Assembly: GCA_035285125.1 (NCBI GenBank) | Contig: JAYKHR010000078.1 | Span: forward strand, 1 to 24,242 | DNA length: 24,242 nt | Source of the DNA: Candidatus Sericytochromatia bacterium | GTDB lineage: Bacteria; Cyanobacteriota; Sericytochromatia; S15B-MN24; JAQBPE01 | Direction of reading: 5' to 3' | Part shown: one piece after another, positions 8,457 through 17,391 of the stretch | Layout of the letters: the number at the start of each line of letters is the position of its first letter | Numbering within the stretch: the first letter of the stretch is position 1 | The notes under the pieces: model-generated | What the model saw: the letters and a program-made list of their open reading frames with translations, nothing else | Told to the model about the DNA's origin: nothing | Database searches by the model: none | Translations under genes and position numbers: made by a program

Positions 8457-10226
8457 TTGTCGTTGCCTCGCGTCGCTCTGCTGACCGCCGTTGCCTGGGC
8501 GGTCGCTGCTGCCTCGGCGTCCGCCCCCGCGCTCGCGGAGGGGCTCAAGGTCGTCTATCCGCCGGACGGCCACAAGACCACCGCCGAGCGCATCTTCTTG
8601 ATCGGCACGGCTGCGGCTGGTGGAGCTGTCACGCTGGACGGGCGTCCAGTGCGCCGCAGCCCGGGGGGCCACTTTGCGCCGAGCGTGCCCCTGCGGGTCG
8701 GCCCCAACCAGGTGGCCCTTCAGCACAGGGGGGAGACCCTCACGCTCACGATCCATCGCCGGCAGGCCCAGCCCGCAGAGCCCCAGGGCGCGAGCTTTGC
8801 CCCGGACTCGTTGGAGCCCGCTCGGGAGCGCGCTGTTCAGCCTGGCGAGCTCGTGCGCTTCTCGGCCGTGGCCCCGCCCGGCGCGCAGGTCCACGTCAGG
8901 CTCGGGGGCCGGACCATCCAGCTGAGGCCGCAGCCGCCCTCCGCGACGCTGCCGGACCAGAAGGCTGGCCTCACGGGCGCCGACCAACCCCGCGCGGCGA
9001 CGCGCGTGCGCTACGAGGCGCTGGCTCGCTTCCACCGCGTCGGCCCCCTGGGCAGGCCGGAGTTCGCGGTCACGCTCGGCGGCTGGCGCCACGCCGAGCA
9101 GGGGCCTGCCAGCCTCGAGGTGCTCGACCCGGAACGGCCCGAGGTGATCGAGGTCGCCACCGCCGCTGGCATCACGCGCAGCGGGCCATCTTCGGATCAC
9201 GCCCGGCTCACGCCTGCGCCTCGAGGCACGCGGGCCGTCGTCTCCGGCCGCGAGGGCACGTGGCTCAGGCTCTCACACGGGCCGTGGATCGACCGGGGTG
9301 AGGTGACGACCCTGCCGGGGGCCGTGCCGCCTCGCTCGGCCGTTCGCAGCGTCCGCGTGCGCAGCGTCGAGGGGGCCACCGAGCTCGTCTTCCCGCTGCA
9401 GGAGCCCGTGCCCGCCACGGTGGAGGTGCGCGACGGCTGCCTGACGCTCACGCTGCACCATGTGAGCGCCCAGACGGACCTGTTCCGGACGCCCGAGGAC
9501 CCCATCGTGCGCCGGCTCGACTGGGCGCCGGTGGGCGGCGATCGCGTCGCCTACGCCGTCGGCCTGCGCACCCGCCTGCCCTGGGGCTATGCCCTTCGCT
9601 ACGAGGGAACCAGCCTCGTGCTGGCCCTGCGCCACCCGCCGCCTGTCCCCACGGGGGCGGGTCGCCTGGATGGGGTGCGCATCGCGCTGGATGCCGGCCA
9701 CGGGGGGGCCGAGGACCACGGCACGCACGGCCCGACGGGCCTCGCCGAGAAGGACGTCACGCTGCCGATGACGCAGGTGCTGCGGGAGGCCCTGGAGCGG
9801 CGCGGGGCCATCTGCTCGCTCACGCGCACGCGAGACGAGTTCATCGACCTCAAGCCCCGCACCGACGCCATTGCCAGCATCGCTCCGCACCTGTCGCTGA
9901 GCGTGCACTACAACGCCCTGCCCGACGCGGGAGACGCCGAGGGGACCCGCGGCTTCGGGGCCTTCTGGTACCACCCGCAGGCCCATGGGCTCGCGGAGGC
10001 CATCCACCGGGCGATGACGCGCCAGCTCGGCAGGCCGTCTTACGGCGTGTGGTGGGACAACCTCGCCCTCGCCCGGCCGACGGTGACCCCAGCCGTCCTG
10101 TTGGAGATGGGCTTCTTGATCAACCCCGACGAGTTTGAGTGGTGCACCGACCGGGTGGCGCAGCGAGAGGCGGCTGAGGCCATCGCCGAGGGGGTCTCGG
10201 CCTGGCTGGCTGCCCCACGGGACTGA
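8457..10226 (+). CDS. N-acetylmuramoyl-L-alanine amidase (Amidase_3), secreted, cyanobacterial-like architecture (589 aa)
   Basis: TTG start with purine-rich RBS, signal peptide, and an SH3/AMIN-like middle region. Zn/catalytic motifs IALDAGHGG, AEKDV, LSVHYN, AVLLEMGF. Confidence 0.93.
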   Translation: MSLPRVALLTAVAWAVAAASASAPALAEGLKVVYPPDGHKTTAERIFLIGTAAAGGAVTLDGRPVRRSPGGHFAPSVPLRVGPNQVALQHRGETLTLTIHRRQAQPAEPQGASFAPDSLEPARERAVQPGELVRFSAVAPPGAQVHVRLGGRTIQLRPQPPSATLPDQKAGLTGADQPRAATRVRYEALARFHRVGPLGRPEFAVTLGGWRHAEQGPASLEVLDPERPEVIEVATAAGITRSGPSSDHARLTPAPRGTRAVVSGREGTWLRLSHGPWIDRGEVTTLPGAVPPRSAVRSVRVRSVEGATELVFPLQEPVPATVEVRDGCLTLTLHHVSAQTDLFRTPEDPIVRRLDWAPVGGDRVAYAVGLRTRLPWGYALRYEGTSLVLALRHPPPVPTGAGRLDGVRIALDAGHGGAEDHGTHGPTGLAEKDVTLPMTQVLREALERRGAICSLTRTRDEFIDLKPRTDAIASIAPHLSLSVHYNALPDAGDAEGTRGFGAFWYHPQAHGLAEAIHRAMTRQLGRPSYGVWWDNLALARPTVTPAVLLEMGFLINPDEFEWCTDRVAQREAAEAIAEGVSAWLAAPRD

Positions 10227-10286
10227 GCGCGGGGGCGGGCACGCACGGGCGCCGCTGGTCGCCTCTGCTGGCCGCGGGGACCAGGC

Positions 10287-10316
10287 AAAAAGGGGAGCCC
10301 GGCGTGGGCTCCCCTT
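10287..10316 (-). terminator. Intrinsic terminator of the subtilase gene, possibly bidirectional
   Basis: AAGGGGAGCCC-ggcgt-GGGCTCCCCTT. The A run at 10287-10291 gives a U5 tail on the minus strand. Confidence 0.85.
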
Positions 10317-10344
10317 GCTTGACCGGGCTTGCGTCGGGTCTGGC

Positions 10345-11601
10345 TTACAGGACGGCCTTGGCGGCGTCCACGCGGCCCGCTCCCGCCTTGTCGTCGTAGC
10401 CGGGTGCGCCGATGTCGAGGGCCGTGGCCTGCAACCGCTTCTTGATCACCTCAGGGCTCTTCTCGACGCCAGCGCCCAGCATCAGCGCCACGACGCCCGC
10501 CGTCAGCGGCGTCGAGAACGAGGTGCCGTCCACGGCCTTGTAGCCGCCACCCATGGCCGTCGTGATGATGCCGGCGCCAGGGGCCGAGACCGAGCACCAG
10601 TTGCCGTAGGTCGAGAAGCTCGTAACCTTATCGTTCCGGTCGGTGGCGCCCACCGCGATCAGGTTGGGCACCTCGTTGCCGGCGAAGGCCGAGGGCACGT
10701 TCTTGGAGGACGAACCCGTGTTGCCCATCGAGCAGACCATCGGCACACCCTTGCTCATCACGTACTCGGCAGCGCGCTTGGTGGTCTGCACCGCCGTCGG
10801 ATACTCGCTCATGTTGGGCTTGAAGCTGAGGCTCATCGTGATCATGTCGGCGTGATCGGCCGCCCAAATCATCGCGTCGACGACGGAAGAGGCGGAGTTA
10901 CCCACCTTGACGGGCATGATCTTGGCGTTGGGGGCCACGCCCGCGATGCCAATGGCGTTGTCGGCGACGGCACCCACCAGGCCCGCGCACATCGTGCCGT
11001 GGCCCTGGCCGTCCTGCGGGGGCGAGGCCGGGTCGGCCGCGTTCCAGCCGGGCACGAGCTTGCCCTGGAGGTCCGGGTGCTTCAGATCCACGCCGGTGTC
11101 GACGACGGCCACCGTCACGCTCTTGGTGGCGCGGCCGGCCGCCCACACCGAGGGAACGCCCATCGTCTCGAGGTACCACTGGTCCTTGCGCAGCGGGTCC
11201 GCCTTGCTCCCGTCCTGGCGAGGCCGCACCGACACGTTCACGGCCTTGACGGGCTCCATCTCGGGCAGCAACTCGGCCTCGACGAAGGCCACGGTGGGCA
11301 GGGCCAGCAACGCCTGGCGGGCGGCCTTGACCTCACCCCGCGTCTCGAACACGGCCATCGCCACCTTGGGCATCGCCTTCACGGCCTTGGTGCCGGACGC
11401 CTTCTCGGCCTGCGCGAGCTGCGCCTTGTCGGCCGACTTCTTGAAGCCGACGATGAGGCGTTGGGCCAGGACGGCCTTGCTGGCCTCGGCGCCCTGCGAG
11501 GTGACGGCACTGCCCATCGGCGTCAGGCCGGAGGCGCCGCAGCCCGCGAGCAGGGCAGCCGTGAGGGCGAGGGCGGTGGAGCGGGGGGCAGCAAAGGTCA
11601 C
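10345..11601 (-). CDS. S8 subtilisin/thermitase-like serine protease, lipoprotein (418 aa)
   Basis: GTG start with AGGAG RBS, lipobox LAGC and a prodomain. Triad VVDTG, GHGT, GTSFS; oxyanion Asn in SMGN. Confidence 0.95.
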   Translation of the reverse strand: MTFAAPRSTALALTAALLAGCGASGLTPMGSAVTSQGAEASKAVLAQRLIVGFKKSADKAQLAQAEKASGTKAVKAMPKVAMAVFETRGEVKAARQALLALPTVAFVEAELLPEMEPVKAVNVSVRPRQDGSKADPLRKDQWYLETMGVPSVWAAGRATKSVTVAVVDTGVDLKHPDLQGKLVPGWNAADPASPPQDGQGHGTMCAGLVGAVADNAIGIAGVAPNAKIMPVKVGNSASSVVDAMIWAADHADMITMSLSFKPNMSEYPTAVQTTKRAAEYVMSKGVPMVCSMGNTGSSSKNVPSAFAGNEVPNLIAVGATDRNDKVTSFSTYGNWCSVSAPGAGIITTAMGGGYKAVDGTSFSTPLTAGVVALMLGAGVEKSPEVIKKRLQATALDIGAPGYDDKAGAGRVDAAKAVL

Positions 11602-11662
11602 GCGGTTCTCCTGAGGCAGTTCGGGGGCGCGGGGGGCTTTAAGAGGGAGTTAGTTCTGCCTT

Positions 11663-11668
11663 ATTATA
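11663..11668 (-). promoter_or_regulatory. -10 element TATAAT for the subtilase gene
   Basis: Perfect TATAAT in an AT-rich patch ~60 nt upstream of the start; no clear -35. Confidence 0.55.
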
Positions 11669-11758
11669 GACTTAATACGACGAAAACTTGCGGACCCGTT
11701 TCTATGCCTGCCTCGTCGGCCGCCTGCGGTCGCCCCCGCGCCTTTTGAAGAGGCCTCC

Positions 11759-12736
11759 TTGACCCGCCCCCTGCAGCACCTGGAGAACCTCCGTGCCTGG
11801 CTTCCAGGGCTGGTGGATCGCGCGGGACTGCTCGAGCTCTGGGCCTTGGCTCTGCACGGCGGGGCGCCGGGGGCAGAGGTGGCGGCGTGGTTCCAGGCGC
11901 TGCCCGTCACGCCGGACGCCGCCCTGCTGCGGGAGGCGCTGCTGGCGGGCGAGCCCCGCAACCCCGAGTGGGAGCAGGAGCGAAGCCGGGACGCGGGCTT
12001 GGAGCGCCGCGTGGCCGCCCTGCTCGAGCACGCGCAGCCCGGCGACATGGTCTTCTGGCGGAGCCTGGAGCCCGGCTTTCCCTGGTGGGTGATGCGCACG
12101 GTTTATGGCCCCTGGATGCACGTCTCGGTGGTGCTCGCGGACGGTCGCCTGCTCGACCCCTACTGGCCGGAGGGGGCGGTGATCGTAACGCCCGAGGCCG
12201 CCATGGCCAAGAACTCACGCCGCATCCGGGCCTGTGAGTTGCTGGTTGCCAGGCCGACGCCGCCGCTCGACGCTGCAGCCGTCGCGCGGCTCACCGCGGC
12301 TGCCGAGGCGCTGGTGGGTCGCCCTTACAACCTTCTCAGCACGCCTGACCGGCCCTCGCCCGGCGCCTCCTGCGCCCGGAACGCGTGGGAGCTGATGCGA
12401 GACGTGGGCGTCGACCTGCTGGCGCAGCGCCCGCGCCTGTTCAACAGCTCCATCTCGCCCCGGGACATCGTCCCGTCGCCCGTGGTGTGGATCAGGTCTG
12501 ACGGCTCGGTGGTCCACGACGACGCGCCGGGCAGCGACCCGGTGGGCGCCTTTGGCTCCCTGGTGCGCTGGGTCGAGCAGCGCTGCTGGGGGTTCCCGGG
12601 GGTCGAACGCGTGGTGCTGAGCCTCGACAAGCCCCTGACCGTCGCCTTCATGGTGGCGATGCTGCCAGCCCGGCTCCGGTGGGCGGCGCCGGCCGACCCC
12701 CCTGGCCCGGAGACGCCCCCTCAGGGCTCCGGGTAG
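11759..12736 (+). CDS. Permuted papain-like (YiiX/YaeF-type NlpC/P60) protein with helical N-terminal extension
   Basis: Motif order QPGDMVF…WMHVSVV…LVGRPYN…SCARNAWELMRDVGVDL…ISPRDI, with His before Cys. The TTG start is uncertain. Confidence 0.75.
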   Translation: MTRPLQHLENLRAWLPGLVDRAGLLELWALALHGGAPGAEVAAWFQALPVTPDAALLREALLAGEPRNPEWEQERSRDAGLERRVAALLEHAQPGDMVFWRSLEPGFPWWVMRTVYGPWMHVSVVLADGRLLDPYWPEGAVIVTPEAAMAKNSRRIRACELLVARPTPPLDAAAVARLTAAAEALVGRPYNLLSTPDRPSPGASCARNAWELMRDVGVDLLAQRPRLFNSSISPRDIVPSPVVWIRSDGSVVHDDAPGSDPVGAFGSLVRWVEQRCWGFPGVERVVLSLDKPLTVAFMVAMLPARLRWAAPADPPGPETPPQGSG

Positions 12737-13932
12737 CCGTCGGGGCGGCCCGGCAGCCCGTCAGGAACCTGCGCGGGCGTTCCGCTTGGGGGCGTGCCCG
12801 CGGGCTCTTCCCGAGGTACCGGACGCGGCATGGTAGTCTCGTCGCGCGGCACCAGGAACCACAGCCGCCCCGTGCCGTTGAGCGCGTGGGCGCGCCGGGA
12901 GGCGTCGTCGCCCCCGCCCCAGAACACGTCCACGCGCCCGGGTCCCGTGATGGCGCCGCCCGTGTCCTGGTCCAGGACGAAGCGGCCGCCCTGCTCGAAG
13001 GCCTCCACCTGCCCCCGGGCGTTGAAGCGGGCCCGGGGGTAGCTGATCCACGCGAGCGAGCCGGTGGGGAAGAGGCGCTTGTCGGTCGCAATCGCGCGGC
13101 CCCCCGTCAAAGGTACGCCGTCACACCCCGTGGGGCCCTCCGCCCCGAGTCGGAAGAAGACGTAGCTCGGGTTGCGGGACTGGTCGCCGCCGACGAACAC
13201 GTGCCCGTTCTGGCCTGCGTACAGGACGTTCACGAGCCTGCCGTCGGGGAAGCGGAGCACCCCGGAGCCCTGGATCATCAGCGACGTGCGCAGTGTGGGA
13301 TCTTTCACCCAGGCGATCTCCAGGCCCCTGCCGGCCAGGGCCTGCCCCTCGTCGATCTCCTTGCGGGTGTGGTACGGCACGATCCCACCGTTCTTGATCC
13401 GTGCCATCGCCACCTGGCCCGCCAGGGAGGGCCTGAACGCCCCGAGGTCGAGGGGGATCATGTCGGGCGGCGGCGCGTACAGCGGGTAGCGAAAGACCTC
13501 GCTGGGCTGCTCACTCGCCTCCAGCAAGGGCAGGTAGTAGCCGGTGAACAGCACCGTGCCGGAGGGGTCTCGCCCGGGCATGGGCAGCCAGGTGAAGCGC
13601 GCCCGCACGGCGGCCTCGAACCCGGGCTTGCCCCACTGCTCGCGCACGATCGCCTCGAAGTCCTCGTAGGCCCTGCGCAGCGTCTCAACCGGGAAGGCCT
13701 TGCCTGCCACCGTCAGCGTGCGCCTGGGCAGCGAGGCCAGGTAGCCGCGCGTGCGCGCGAGGGCCGTGAGCAAGGAGGCCTGGTCGCCCTCGTCCGCAAG
13801 GCTGGGCGGGCCGTCCACCGCCGTCGGTGGGGGCGTGAGGGCCGGCGTCGGCGTGGCCGGGGCCCCCCCCTGGGCCAGGGCGGGCGTCGCGCTGGCTATC
13901 ACGGAAAGGAACACGGCTGCGGAGACTCGCAT
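12721..13932 (-). CDS. mltA: Lytic murein transglycosylase MltA with 3D domain (403 aa)
   Basis: Signal peptide; motifs FTGYYLP, IQGSG, NPSYVFF, AIATD, DQDTGGAITGPGRVDVFWG. Confidence 0.95.
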   Translation of the reverse strand: MRVSAAVFLSVIASATPALAQGGAPATPTPALTPPPTAVDGPPSLADEGDQASLLTALARTRGYLASLPRRTLTVAGKAFPVETLRRAYEDFEAIVREQWGKPGFEAAVRARFTWLPMPGRDPSGTVLFTGYYLPLLEASEQPSEVFRYPLYAPPPDMIPLDLGAFRPSLAGQVAMARIKNGGIVPYHTRKEIDEGQALAGRGLEIAWVKDPTLRTSLMIQGSGVLRFPDGRLVNVLYAGQNGHVFVGGDQSRNPSYVFFRLGAEGPTGCDGVPLTGGRAIATDKRLFPTGSLAWISYPRARFNARGQVEAFEQGGRFVLDQDTGGAITGPGRVDVFWGGGDDASRRAHALNGTGRLWFLVPRDETTMPRPVPREEPAGTPPSGTPAQVPDGLPGRPDGYPEP

Positions 13933-13939
13933 GGAGGCT

Positions 13940-13948
13940 ATGTTACCA
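13940..13948 (-). promoter_or_regulatory. Extended -10 TGgTAACAT, probable leaderless mltA start
   Basis: Lies 7 nt upstream of ATG 13932; the spacer (AGCCTCC) has no SD. Confidence 0.55.
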
Positions 13949-13986
13949 GCAGGTGCGGCGGGCGTCGGTGGGCCGGGTTACACCCT

Positions 13987-14841
13987 TCACGACACGGGGA
14001 ACGACGGAGCCAGGGCCTCGAGCCGGCGGACCCGCTCCGCCGTCGGGGGGTGGGTGCTGAAGAGGGCTGCGAGGCTCTCTCCCGCCGTGAGCGGGTTGAC
14101 GATGTACATGTGAGCGGTGGCCGGCGAGGCTGGCGTCGGCACGAGGGCGTTGCCGCGCTCGAGCTTCAGCAGCGCCCGGGCGAGGGCCTCGGGCCTGCGC
14201 GTCAGGAGGCCGGCCGTGCGGTCCGCCTCGAACTCGCGGGAGCGGGAGACGGCCAGCTGCACCAGGGTGGCGGCGAGGGGCGCGACCACCACCAGGCCGA
14301 GCGTCGCGAGCGCCGAGCCCGCGCCCCGGTCGTCGTCCGTTCGAGGCCCGAAGAACGCGCCCAGCTGCGCCAGCTGCGTCAGGGCTCCGGCCAGCGTGGC
14401 CGCGATGGCGCTGATGAGGATGTCCCGGTTCTTGATGTGGGCCAGCTCATGCGCGAGGACGCCATGGAGCTCGTCGGTGTCGAGGACGCGCAGGAGGCCC
14501 TCCGTCACCGCCACGGCGGCGTGGGCCGCGTCTCGGCCCGTGGCAAAGGCGTTGGGCGCCTCGGACGGGATCACGTACACGCTCGGCTTGGGAAGGTCGG
14601 CAGCGCGGGCGAGATCCTCGATGGCCTCGTGGAGCCACGGCGCCTGGTGGGGTGCCACCGGCTGGGCCCCGCTCATCGCGAGCGCGAGCCGGTCCGAAAA
14701 CCAGTAGCTGACCACGTTCAGCACGAGCGCGAGCCCCAGCCCCAGGGCCAGGCCGCTCCGCCCGGCGAGGGCCTGGCCTGTGCCGACCAGCAGCGCCGTC
14801 AACGCCGCGAGCAGCAAGAACGTCTTCACGTTGTTCCACAT
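13987..14841 (-). CDS. htpX: Zinc metalloprotease HtpX (M48), 284 aa
   Basis: AAGGAG RBS and N-terminal TM helices; motifs PNAFATGR, GVLAHELAHIKNRD, SRSREFEAD, LFSTHPP. Confidence 0.97.
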   Translation of the reverse strand: MWNNVKTFLLLAALTALLVGTGQALAGRSGLALGLGLALVLNVVSYWFSDRLALAMSGAQPVAPHQAPWLHEAIEDLARAADLPKPSVYVIPSEAPNAFATGRDAAHAAVAVTEGLLRVLDTDELHGVLAHELAHIKNRDILISAIAATLAGALTQLAQLGAFFGPRTDDDRGAGSALATLGLVVVAPLAATLVQLAVSRSREFEADRTAGLLTRRPEALARALLKLERGNALVPTPASPATAHMYIVNPLTAGESLAALFSTHPPTAERVRRLEALAPSFPVS

Positions 14842-14884
14842 CGGGGGCTCCTTCGGGGAGAGGCCCCGCCCAGGGGCCTGCAGT

Positions 14885-14905
14885 CCTTAGTGTACCAGAC
14901 TAAGG
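14885..14905. promoter_or_regulatory. Perfect 7-7-7 inverted repeat CCTTAGT-N7-ACTAAGG covering the htpX extended -10 (TGgTACACT)
   Basis: The palindrome is read directly from the sequence. Minus-strand TG-g-TACACT at 14897-14889 lies inside it. The geometry matches the HspR HAIR operator. Confidence 0.75.
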
Positions 14906-15010
14906 TGAAGTCACAGCGTTGGATTCAGCGTTGTGGCCTCGCCGGCTCCCTGAACACCGCGGAGCAACATGCTGGGGGCCCCTATGGCCATCACCCTCGC
15001 TGGCGCTGCC

Positions 15011-16843
15011 CTAGCCCTTCGGGGAGGGCCCTGCGGCTTCAGGCGGGGCCCACACGTGGTGTGCGAAGCGGCCCCGCGGTGGCCGGCGATCGCGTCGGCG
15101 CTCCTCCAGGCCCGTGTGAGCCTGCTCCTTGCCGCCGTCCACCTCGTCCGAGCCCGCCAGAGGCCAGCCCACCTGGAAGGTCAGTGCGGGGAGCCACGCC
15201 TCGCCTTCGAGCCGGGCCAGTGCCGGGGCTCCGTCGGGGTTGGCAGCCAGGATGTCCGCGATGGCGTCGCGCGCCAGGTCGATGGGGCCGGTCTTCAGGA
15301 TGCTGCTGAGCCCCAGCGCCCGGGCGTGAAAGGTCATCGTGGCGGCGACACGCCCCACCGCGCGCCAGGCCCGGTGAGGGTCGGTGACGTCGGCCCGGGC
15401 GAGCACGAAGGCGTTGCGCGGGTGGGTGTTCTGGAACCGCAGGAAGAACAGGCCGAAGGTGCCTGCCAGGCTTCGAAGGAGCCTGACGAGCGTGGGCAGC
15501 GTGAGGGAGCGCCCACGCTCATCGACCACGTGCCCCCCGTCGAGCCGCCACTTGCCGTCTCGCAGCAGGCGGTCGCGCAGGTGGCGCCCGAGGTGCTCGG
15601 CGCGCACGGGGACGTCGCCCGCCGCGCGTCTCAACCCCTCCTCGGGCAGGGCCTCCCAGCCCTCGGGCAGCGCGCCGAGCCCCGGCAGCCCGTGGGCGGC
15701 CGCGTGGCGCAGGAACCCTCCCACCGTGATGTTCGTCAGCAGCCCGCCCTCGCCACCGGTGCGCGTCTCTGGGTTTGCCCCGCGGCCGTACAGGGCCTCG
15801 AACATCGCCTGACCCACGCAGCGGGGCGTGGCATCGTGCCACGAGAACGCGGCACAGGCCAGCCAGCCCCGCTCCTCGTCCGGAAGGCTGGCCAGCCCGG
15901 CCTCCCAGAGTGCGTCCATCACCCCGGCCGGCAACTCGCGAGCCGGCGCGGCGACGCGCTGGGTGGAGTGGGCGCCCACCAGCGCGCCGAAGGGGGGCCA
16001 GGCCGGCGCGACGGGCCCCGACAGGTCCACCACCGCATCGGCCAGGTACCGGCCAGCGGCCACGTCGTCCCGTAGCGCCGCAAGGGCATCCCTGTCGGCT
16101 TCGAGGAGGCCGTCCGCAGCCAGCCAGGCGGCCAGCTCTGCCAGCAGCGGCTCTCGAAGCTCTGCCGCGGCGGGCGGCGACAGGACGGCTTCACGCACGC
16201 GGTGGCCGGCGGCGGTGGCTGCCAGCCGCAGGGTGTGGGCGAAGATGCCGGCGTCGATGGACTCCTCGCGGGCCGTCACGGCGAGCCCGAAGGGCTCCAG
16301 CACGTCGCCGAGCAGCGACTCGTAGCGGTCTCGGCGCAGCAGCAGCAGCCGCAGGCCATCCCTGGCCTCGCCCGCCTCGGTGCGGGTCAGAGCAGCGTCC
16401 AGGGGGCCGGGCCCACAGATCAGCACCCGCGTGGGCTGCCAGTTGGTGGCCGAGGGGGCCCAGAAGGCTTGATAGAGCAGCGGCAGGGCCTCCGAGACGG
16501 TGGGGGTCCCTGGCGGCCAGGCGTCCCCTGGCAGGGGCCGCAGACAGGCCTCGAACCCAGGGAACGGGGCCAGCGTCCTGCCCAGCCGGCCATCCGGGTG
16601 CACCTCCCAGGCGTCGTGCCCGTCCGTGAGAGAGGCGCCCGCCCCGTCGACGGCCACGGTGGCCTGGGCCTGCTCGGCCCGCAGGCGTGCCGCCGTGATG
16701 GCTGCCTCCAGGTTGGCGAGCTGGTCGGCCAGGATGACGTCCCGCGCCGCCAGATCCAGCCCCAGCAACTGGCCTGTCAGGCTGGCCTCGCGGCGCTGCG
16801 CCTCGAAGGCGTGCACGACGTGCTGCGTGGATCGTGGCGGCAA
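15011..16843 (-). CDS. Large nitroreductase-fold (putative FMN-binding) protein, 610 aa
   Basis: WAPSATNWQPTRVLI near residue 127 and AWRAVGRVAATMTFHARALGLSS…LTFQVGWP from about residue 490. TTG start has GGAG upstream but is uncertain. Confidence 0.75.
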   Translation of the reverse strand: MPPRSTQHVVHAFEAQRREASLTGQLLGLDLAARDVILADQLANLEAAITAARLRAEQAQATVAVDGAGASLTDGHDAWEVHPDGRLGRTLAPFPGFEACLRPLPGDAWPPGTPTVSEALPLLYQAFWAPSATNWQPTRVLICGPGPLDAALTRTEAGEARDGLRLLLLRRDRYESLLGDVLEPFGLAVTAREESIDAGIFAHTLRLAATAAGHRVREAVLSPPAAAELREPLLAELAAWLAADGLLEADRDALAALRDDVAAGRYLADAVVDLSGPVAPAWPPFGALVGAHSTQRVAAPARELPAGVMDALWEAGLASLPDEERGWLACAAFSWHDATPRCVGQAMFEALYGRGANPETRTGGEGGLLTNITVGGFLRHAAAHGLPGLGALPEGWEALPEEGLRRAAGDVPVRAEHLGRHLRDRLLRDGKWRLDGGHVVDERGRSLTLPTLVRLLRSLAGTFGLFFLRFQNTHPRNAFVLARADVTDPHRAWRAVGRVAATMTFHARALGLSSILKTGPIDLARDAIADILAANPDGAPALARLEGEAWLPALTFQVGWPLAGSDEVDGGKEQAHTGLEERRRDRRPPRGRFAHHVWAPPEAAGPSPKG

Positions 16844-16965
16844 GGGAGGCTCCGCGGGAGGCGCGTCGGGCGGGGGCGGTCGGGGGCGGGGTTGGGGGCC
16901 CCACGCCGGACCGGCCGCATGCTACCTTATTTCAACCCGGCCCGCCGCTTTGCTGGAGCCAGACC

Positions 16966-17391
16966 GTGCGACCTCTCTTGCGCTGCCTTGCCGCCCTTGC
17001 CTGCCTCGGCCTGACGGCCTGTGACCCCGATGCGCCCGTCGCCCCAGGCGTCGCGACCGTGGCCCCCCGTCCCGGCCAGGCCCTCACGATAGACGGCCTG
17101 AAGCTGCCCTCGCTCCATTTCACGGCGGGCGAGGGGTTCGAGATCCACTTCCGCGTGCTGACGCCTGGCAGCGGCAACCTTCGCGCCTACGGGCTTTCCA
17201 CCCGCCTCGGCAGCAAGCTGTTTCCATTCGAGGGGCCGATGCCCGTCGTGGCCGGCGGTGGCGTGCTGCTGGGGTTCGCGGGGCCGCTGCCCGATCAGAA
17301 CGCGGCGGGACGCTTCGACCTCGATTTCTGGGTGGTGGACACCGCCGGCGTCGAGAGCAACCGCCTCAAGGCCCAGGTCACGGTGCAGTGA
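16966..17391 (+). CDS. Hypothetical lipoprotein, beta-rich (141 aa)
   Basis: GGAG RBS and GTG 16966; MRPLLRCLAALACLGLTAC has lipobox LTAC. Candidate extended -10 TGcTACCTT at 16920-16928. Confidence 0.8.
   Translation: MRPLLRCLAALACLGLTACDPDAPVAPGVATVAPRPGQALTIDGLKLPSLHFTAGEGFEIHFRVLTPGSGNLRAYGLSTRLGSKLFPFEGPMPVVAGGGVLLGFAGPLPDQNAAGRFDLDFWVVDTAGVESNRLKAQVTVQ

Noticed and set aside
8240..8548. N-terminal extension of the Clp ORF
   Set aside because: It runs through the promoter and into the divergent amidase; the RBS and zinc finger mark ATG 8239.
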